A program made the position numbers and the translations under genes. Below are positions 27,394 to 33,177 of a stretch of 33,177 nucleotides of DNA, one piece after another (within the stretch, counting starts at the first letter, position 1; each line of letters begins with the position of its first letter). The stretch comes from Methanosarcinales archaeon. Its GTDB lineage: Archaea > Halobacteriota > Methanosarcinia > Methanosarcinales > Methanocomedenaceae. The DNA is taken from contig DAOUSF010000004.1 in the NCBI GenBank assembly GCA_030627385.1, positions 1 to 33,177 of the forward strand, given 5' to 3'. The notes under the pieces were generated by a model. The model saw nothing but the letters and a program-made list of their open reading frames with translations, was not told the origin of the DNA and did no database searches.

Positions 27394-28290
27394 TTACCAC
27401 CCTCGGGTCTGCAGTATCTCCTGTTCGGGAATACTGCTTACACTGATACCTTTCATCTGGTCGCCCAGACCCTTGGAAATCTCGGCCAGTACACCGGGAT
27501 TGTCAAAATTATTAACAGCTTCTACAATGGCCGAGGCCATTATGGCCGGTTTCTCTGATTTGAAAATACCACTGCCTACGAAAACACCATCAACACCCAG
27601 CTTCATCATCAATGCCGCATCTGCGGGAGTGGCAATACCCCCTGCTGCAAAGTTCACAACCGGAAGGCGCTGTCGTTGGGCGGTCTCCACAACCAGTTCG
27701 ATCGGAGCCTCGATCTCACGGGCTAAGCGTTCGATTTCATGAAGGTCCATGCCTTTTAACTTAACGATCTGCTCATTGATCTGGCGCATGTGCCGCACAG
27801 CTTCGCTCACATCACCAGTGCCTGCCTCGCCTTTAGTGCGTATCATAGCCGCTCCTTCATGTATCCTTCGCAGGGCTTCGCCCAGGTCCCGTGCTCCGCA
27901 TACGAAGGGGATGGTGAACTTCCTTTTATCTATATGGTATTTAACGTCAGCCGGTGTAAGCACTTCTGACTCATCGATCATATCCGCGCCTAATGATTCT
28001 AATATCTCAGCTTCTACAAAATGCCCGATACGGGCCTTTGCCATAACAGGTATAGTGACCGAATCGATGATCTCGGCTATGATCTGCGGATCAGCCATCC
28101 GTGCTACTCCACCGATTTTCCTAATATCGGCCGGAACCATATGCAGAGCCATAACAGCAACAGCTCCGGCATCTTCTGCTATATGTGCCTCATTTGGAGA
28201 AGTTACATCCATGATAACCCCGCCCTTTTGCATTTTAGCAAACCCGCGTTTTAATAGTTCAGTACCGTGTCGTAATTTTTCAAGTTCCAT
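27394..28290 (-). CDS. pdxS: Pyridoxal 5'-phosphate synthase lyase subunit
   Basis: [68 protein letters not shown]; ATG 28290 preferred. Confidence 0.98.
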   Translation of the reverse strand: MELEKLRHGTELLKRGFAKMQKGGVIMDVTSPNEAHIAEDAGAVAVMALHMVPADIRKIGGVARMADPQIIAEIIDSVTIPVMAKARIGHFVEAEILESLGADMIDESEVLTPADVKYHIDKRKFTIPFVCGARDLGEALRRIHEGAAMIRTKGEAGTGDVSEAVRHMRQINEQIVKLKGMDLHEIERLAREIEAPIELVVETAQRQRLPVVNFAAGGIATPADAALMMKLGVDGVFVGSGIFKSEKPAIMASAIVEAVNNFDNPGVLAEISKGLGDQMKGISVSSIPEQEILQTRGW

Positions 28291-28582
28291 TTTATCAACC
28301 TGCACTCTAAATGTAATTCATGCCTATTATCTTTATTTCTGGCAGCACATGAAGTATAATTCCGAATACTCATGTAAGGATGTATCCATATAATTCAGGC
28401 TTAATCTAATATGATAAATGATAAAACTTGCTTTTTATTACCTGAATAATGTGCAAACTTTATATATTTATGAAAACTGAAACATAAAACCCCATAATCA
28501 CTTATTTTGCACAATTCTTTCTTGTTTTACTTGATTTGTCGAAATTTTTATATTGTAGTAGCGTGGTTTATTATCTTTAGTT

Positions 28583-29032
28583 ATGGACGAATTGGATATT
28601 TCTATTCTTAAATTTCTTTCAAGGAATTGCCGGATGCACAGTACTGATATGGCAAAAAAACTTGGAGTTGCCACTTCTACCATACACAAACGCATTAAGA
28701 ACCTTGAATCTGAAGGTATAATTGAGAATTTTACAATAATAACTGACCCGTCCAAACTTGATCTCAACATTACCACATTCATCGGCCTAAATATAGACTC
28801 AAGCCGGAGGATCAATATAATCAACAAGCTCAATAATATCGAAGATATTCTTGAGATATATGAACTGCTGGAACCCTATGACTTATTTTTAAAAGTAAGG
28901 ACATTTGACATAAATTCCCTCAAGAACAATGTACTTCGTATAATCAATGAGATAGATGGGGTACACGGGTCAAACAGCCTGATCACCACACAAAGACATA
29001 AAGAAAAAGCATGTAACATTTTATTAAAGTAG
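28583..29032 (+). CDS. Lrp/AsnC family transcriptional regulator
   Basis: MDELDISIL..L, HTH ending RIKNLESEGII, C-terminal RAM domain with YDL. Confidence 0.93.
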   Translation: MDELDISILKFLSRNCRMHSTDMAKKLGVATSTIHKRIKNLESEGIIENFTIITDPSKLDLNITTFIGLNIDSSRRINIINKLNNIEDILEIYELLEPYDLFLKVRTFDINSLKNNVLRIINEIDGVHGSNSLITTQRHKEKACNILLK

Positions 29033-29118
29033 GTAAAGTAAAATGATTTCGGGTCTGGAAACAATTATGATCCTGACTGTGATAGTATATCTTCCTGTTC
29101 TTGATCCCTGCCTTTTTC

Positions 29119-29586
29119 CTAACCCTTACCTTTTCTCACTGCAACAGCAGCCCCGCGGTTAAAATCCTTCATCTCGGCTGCACAAAGTAGCGCCTGTCCT
29201 GTTACCAGCAGGTTGTTTTCCAGGTCCACCAGCAGTACTTCATCCATAGCCCTGATAGAAGGGTCAACATCAACAACATGTTTGGCAAACAGGGTTTTGC
29301 CCTGAAGGACAAAAGGTACTGCATCTGCATGCACCGTGACCCTATATGCAGGCAATTCCAGAAAATTATGCAGGCTGAGGGCACCTTCTCTACTCAATGT
29401 AAGAAGTCCGTCCCTGGCCCGGACAGTAGCGATCCTGGTCCTGTTAATACTTACCTGCCTGATCCTGTTGGTCCTGGACATGAGGAACTCTGAATCGTCA
29501 GGGAACAGGGCACGGCCTGCCCCCCTGCCAAACTGGAAATCCGCAATGGTCCTGGCACGTTTAAGGTTGCTGGATATAAAACTCAA
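29119..29586 (-). CDS. Stand-alone TGT C2-PUA protein (small subunit of split archaeosine tRNA-guanine transglycosylase)
   Basis: IADFQFGRGAG, RIRQV, ATVRARDGLLTL, PUA domain FAKHV..D..IR..DEV..G.A..VRKG. Confidence 0.85.
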   Translation of the reverse strand: MSFISSNLKRARTIADFQFGRGAGRALFPDDSEFLMSRTNRIRQVSINRTRIATVRARDGLLTLSREGALSLHNFLELPAYRVTVHADAVPFVLQGKTLFAKHVVDVDPSIRAMDEVLLVDLENNLLVTGQALLCAAEMKDFNRGAAVAVRKGKG

Positions 29587-29598
29587 GAATATAGCCCC

Positions 29599-30609
29599 TC
29601 AATGGCTGTTTTTGCAAATTGCGATAATATCGCTCAATATGGCACTGGCAGTCTCTATTGACCCGGCCCCTTTTCCTGTCACACATACAGGACCTGCCAT
29701 GTCGGTCTTTAACAAGGCTACGTTAAGTGTGCCTCCCACTGCAAGTGGATGTTGTTTTGGCACCAATTTGGGCGAGACCATGATTTTGCCGTTCTCACCG
29801 TCTCGAACCTCTCCGATAAGTTTGATAACCATTCCTTCATCCCCTGCCAGGGTGAGGGCTTCGGGTGTGATCCTGGTAATGCCTGTGATCTCTACATCAT
29901 CGTAGGTCACATCCATCCCGAAAATGGAATTGGCAAGTATGACAAGTTTACATGCAGTATCGATGCCTTCAACATCATAGGCGGGATCGGTTTCTGCATA
30001 TCCCAGTTCCTGGGCCTCACCCAGCACGTGCTGGTATGATAAGCCCTCCTCTGTCATCCGGCTGAGTATGTAGTTGCAGGTACCGTTCAATATCCCTTCA
30101 ATACCTTTGATCCTGTTGCCTGCCAGGGCATCATGTGCCAGGTTCAATATTGGCATGGCTCCACCCACTGTCGCTTCATACCTGAAATGGACAGCATTAT
30201 TTTTTGCTTCGGCACATAACTGGTTGTACTTTAGTGCAAGCGGACCTTTATTGGATGTCACCACATGCCGCCCATGCCTGAATGCCTCCAGCATATAGGT
30301 AAGACCAGGTTCTCCGTCATCTATATTTGTCGGGGTAACTTCCACTACCAGTTCATGGTCTACGTCGCTGATCACTTCAAGGGACATAACATCAGATGTG
30401 GCAACCGAACCCGATTCTTTTTTCCTTTCCAGTGCAGCCTTAAGGTCAACTCCATCAAGGTCGATGCATGCACCCCGGCTGTCAGATATTGCAACTACCT
30501 TGAAGTTTAAACTTGCACTTTCCAGATAATCCTCTTTATACAATAATGCATTAGCCACGCCCTGGCCCACTGACCCGAACCCGATTATGGAAAGTCTTAT
30601 GGTCTTCAT
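29599..30609 (-). CDS. hom: Homoserine dehydrogenase
   Basis: [55 protein letters not shown]. Confidence 0.97.
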   Translation of the reverse strand: MKTIRLSIIGFGSVGQGVANALLYKEDYLESASLNFKVVAISDSRGACIDLDGVDLKAALERKKESGSVATSDVMSLEVISDVDHELVVEVTPTNIDDGEPGLTYMLEAFRHGRHVVTSNKGPLALKYNQLCAEAKNNAVHFRYEATVGGAMPILNLAHDALAGNRIKGIEGILNGTCNYILSRMTEEGLSYQHVLGEAQELGYAETDPAYDVEGIDTACKLVILANSIFGMDVTYDDVEITGITRITPEALTLAGDEGMVIKLIGEVRDGENGKIMVSPKLVPKQHPLAVGGTLNVALLKTDMAGPVCVTGKGAGSIETASAILSDIIAICKNSH

Positions 30610-31124
30610 GTTTTCACCGATAATTGATCCTTTTCTATGGGTTCTATGACAAGCAGGTCCTTTTCCGAGGCAACCCGTCTTAGAATATCCAGTGCTTTAC
30701 CAAGCTGTGCTATGCCTATTGCATTTATGACCAGGGATGCTGATGAGGGGGCATTTATCCCGGGCATGGAGATGGACAGGCTCACCACTTCGGCAAAGCC
30801 TGTGTTGTCGATCTGGTCAATTGTATCACCCATGTCACTGTGGACTATGTGGCCTATAAGAATGACCGTTACTTCTTCGTACATTAGTTTTTTTCCCACA
30901 CATACTATCCGTACCCCTCCTTTTTCCAGTTCGGCAATAATATTATCCAATTTATCATTGGTCAACTGGAAAACGACTTGTACGGGTATGGCACCCCTGG
31001 GTGTGCGCTGGTCGTGGTGGTGCAGTACACTCATTATATTGGCACCGAACGTGGAAAGTGGTTTGAGGGCCTGGACAAGCTGGCCGGGTCTATCCTTCAA
31101 CTCAAGGTCCATTGAAACAATCAT
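30606..31124 (-). CDS. ACT-domain allosteric regulator of homoserine dehydrogenase
   Basis: [12 protein letters not shown]...[17 protein letters not shown]; 4-bp overlap with hom; start reassigned to ATG 31124. Confidence 0.9.
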   Translation of the reverse strand: MIVSMDLELKDRPGQLVQALKPLSTFGANIMSVLHHHDQRTPRGAIPVQVVFQLTNDKLDNIIAELEKGGVRIVCVGKKLMYEEVTVILIGHIVHSDMGDTIDQIDNTGFAEVVSLSISMPGINAPSSASLVINAIGIAQLGKALDILRRVASEKDLLVIEPIEKDQLSVKT

Positions 31125-31536
31125 AGAATATATTCCTGGGAGATATTTCAGGCATTTAATGCCTGTGGCGTTAAAATTTGTTTCATTTACGCCCTTGTCA
31201 GTATTAAGCGTTTTGTGTATTTGGTTTTTAAACGCTATTGTATCAATAAACCGTTGGATGACTCTATGTGTTCCAACGTGATCAAGCATCGGAAAACATA
31301 TTCCTAATTTCAATATAATGATTTTGATTTTGTTTTTGTCAGAGATTACACGGATTTGGGTGGTACAACACACCCTCGCCCTCCTGAAATGTGACTCAGG
31401 CTGACTGTATCATTCAGAAAACATAAAAAGTAAACGATAGTATAATTCAGAATGTTAAAAATGAACGATAGTATACTTCAGAAATACCATAAAGTGAATG
31501 ATATAGCTATATACTTTAACACGCATCTGACCCATC

Positions 31537-32826
31537 ATGAAAAATGAGCAAATAATCGAGATACTCGAAAGCTGGAACTTCTGGACAAGCAACAGGGAGA
31601 CAGGAATTGATAGAACAGGATATTTGGATAAGCTGGAAAAGCTCTCCAAAACAGGACAGATAATAGCAATAACCGGTGCAAGAAGGACTGGAAAATCTAC
31701 ACTGATGAAACAGTTTATAAAAAAAAAGATATCCACCGGAACTGCCCGTAGATCAATCCTCTACATCAATTTTGAAGACCCGGGATTCTCGGGTATGCTC
31801 TCCCTGGAATTCTTACAGCAAATATATGCTGCCTACATTGAGATAATACGGCCCTGGGAAAATATCTGGCTTTTTCTGGACGAAGTACAGACAGTCCCCC
31901 AGTGGGAGAAGTTCGTAAGAAGCCTGCATGAGAAAAACGAGGCACACATATTTGTCTCAGGCTCCACATCCAGGCTGCTCAGTAAAGACCTGGGAACTTT
32001 GCTCACAGGCAGATGGCTTGATCTGAATATGTTTCCCCTGGATTTTAAGGAATTCCTCCAGTTCAAGCAGATGAACATTGAGGATCAGCTGGACATAATC
32101 TCCCTAAAAACAAAGATCAGGCAATATCTAAGAGAATACCTGGAATTTGGAGGATTCCCCCTTGTAGCACTGAATGAAGAGAAAAAAGAAATACTTATAC
32201 GATATTTTAGTGACATCGTAGAAAGAGACATTGCGATGCGCCAGAAAGTGCGAAAACCTGATAAATTAAAATCACTGGCCAGATATTATCTCACAAATTT
32301 CTCATCAAGGATATCGTATAGGCGGATTGCCAAATACATTGGCCTGAGTCTTGACAGTGTCGGAAGATTTTCGGATCACATGAAGGAAGCCTACCTAGTA
32401 TTTTTTGTCCCGAAATTCTCATATTCTTTAAAAGAACAGGAAGTAAACCTTCGAGCAGTATATGCCATTGATGCCGGTCTGGTAAACATTGCTGGTTTCA
32501 GGTTCAGCGAAAACATCGGTAAACTATACGAAAATACAGTTTTTCTCTCCCTGATAAAAAATGGAAAAGATATCTACTATCACAAAACCGATAGAAGTGA
32601 ATGCGATTTTGTCATAAAAGAAGGTCAAAAGATAACAGAAGTTATACAGGTATCTTACGAACTAAAAGAAAACAAAGACAGGGAAATAAAAGGTTTGCTG
32701 GGTGCAATGGATGCATACAATCTTAAGGAAGGCTTCATAATCACAGAAGACCAGGACGAAGAAATAATGGTCGGCAGCCTTAAAATAATAATAAGGCCAC
32801 TCTGGAAATGGCTTCTGGGTTTTTAA
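31537..32826 (+). CDS. AAA_14 ATPase with C-terminal DUF4143 (COG1373)
   Basis: GARRTGKST, YINFED, LDEVQ, SGS, LTGR, GGFP, Y.ID.GL, ENTV, ECDFV, IQV. Confidence 0.93.
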   Translation: MKNEQIIEILESWNFWTSNRETGIDRTGYLDKLEKLSKTGQIIAITGARRTGKSTLMKQFIKKKISTGTARRSILYINFEDPGFSGMLSLEFLQQIYAAYIEIIRPWENIWLFLDEVQTVPQWEKFVRSLHEKNEAHIFVSGSTSRLLSKDLGTLLTGRWLDLNMFPLDFKEFLQFKQMNIEDQLDIISLKTKIRQYLREYLEFGGFPLVALNEEKKEILIRYFSDIVERDIAMRQKVRKPDKLKSLARYYLTNFSSRISYRRIAKYIGLSLDSVGRFSDHMKEAYLVFFVPKFSYSLKEQEVNLRAVYAIDAGLVNIAGFRFSENIGKLYENTVFLSLIKNGKDIYYHKTDRSECDFVIKEGQKITEVIQVSYELKENKDREIKGLLGAMDAYNLKEGFIITEDQDEEIMVGSLKIIIRPLWKWLLGF

Positions 32827-32892
32827 GGTTTGTGTGCCTGCCCGATCTTCGGGTTACCCGCTCTTGATCATGCTTCCGGAGCGCGCATTTTC

Positions 32893-33177
32893 TTAATCAG
32901 CAGGTCCCTGGATATCATTAAAAAAGTTCATCAATGAGTATTTTACTTTATCCGGTTCCACATCTATGATCTCCTCACGCTCTTCCTGTGGAAAAGCATT
33001 AAACACCGAATATTTTTTCCACTGCCTTGGTGATGTGGTGGTGAACCTGCCGTCCAGCAGGATACGCACGCCATGGTCAGTCGGGGAGCGTATGACCCGC
33101 CCCATCGCCTGCCTGATCTTACGTATGGCAGGCACCTGGATTGCGTAATCCCAGCCGTGCCCGGCAAACTCATGCTC
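32893..33177 (-). CDS. XPD/Rad3/DinG-family ATP-dependent DNA helicase, C-terminal part (5' end outside the window)
   Basis: Frame open to the edge: GWDYAIQVPAIRKIRQAMGRVIRSPTDHGVRILLDGRF (helicase motif VI). Confidence 0.92.
   Translation of the reverse strand, partial: EHEFAGHGWDYAIQVPAIRKIRQAMGRVIRSPTDHGVRILLDGRFTTTSPRQWKKYSVFNAFPQEEREEIIDVEPDKVKYSLMNFFNDIQGPAD

Noticed and set aside
31125-31373. 83-aa N-terminal extension of the ACT protein in the ORF track
   Set aside because: The conserved ACT domain starts at ATG 31124; the extension is AT-rich and lacks protein-like features.

Overview
Chromosomal window from a Methanosarcinales-type archaeon (methanogen or ANME; inferred from gene order, mtxA/mtxH and the split TGT subunit). 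The left third is the conserved minus-strand superoperon rpl18e-rpl13-rps9-rpoN-tRNA-Pro(CGG)-rpoK-rps2-MEMO1-mvk-ipk-fni-rnj-idsA, followed by a DnaJ-zinc-finger RecJ-like nuclease cut by the window edge. The rest is a mix of housekeeping and accessory genes: uvrB, radical SAM, metallophosphoesterase, rnz, a TPR protein, a lipoprotein, DUF5591, ogt, DUF2111, an HDAC-family protein, tRNA-Val(TAC), a scramblase-like protein, map, mtxA, mtxH, a degenerate DHH protein, two small ORFs, pdxS, Lrp, TGT C2-PUA, hom, an ACT protein, an AAA/DUF4143 protein and a partial XPD/DinG helicase. I saw no CRISPR array, integrase or transposase. The best leads are (1) a multi-helix RNA in the rpl18e leader that could switch over the ribosome-binding site, (2) the rpoN stop codon sharing its G with tRNA-Pro position 1, (3) a putative Cys-His-Asp TPR protein next to a lipoprotein whose chagasin domain is broken by two stops, (4) a catalytically dead DHH protein behind an mtxAH pair lacking mtxX, and (5) a HEPN remnant beside a 17-bp duplication at the end of uvrB. 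All calls were made by eye from motif recognition; no searches were run.
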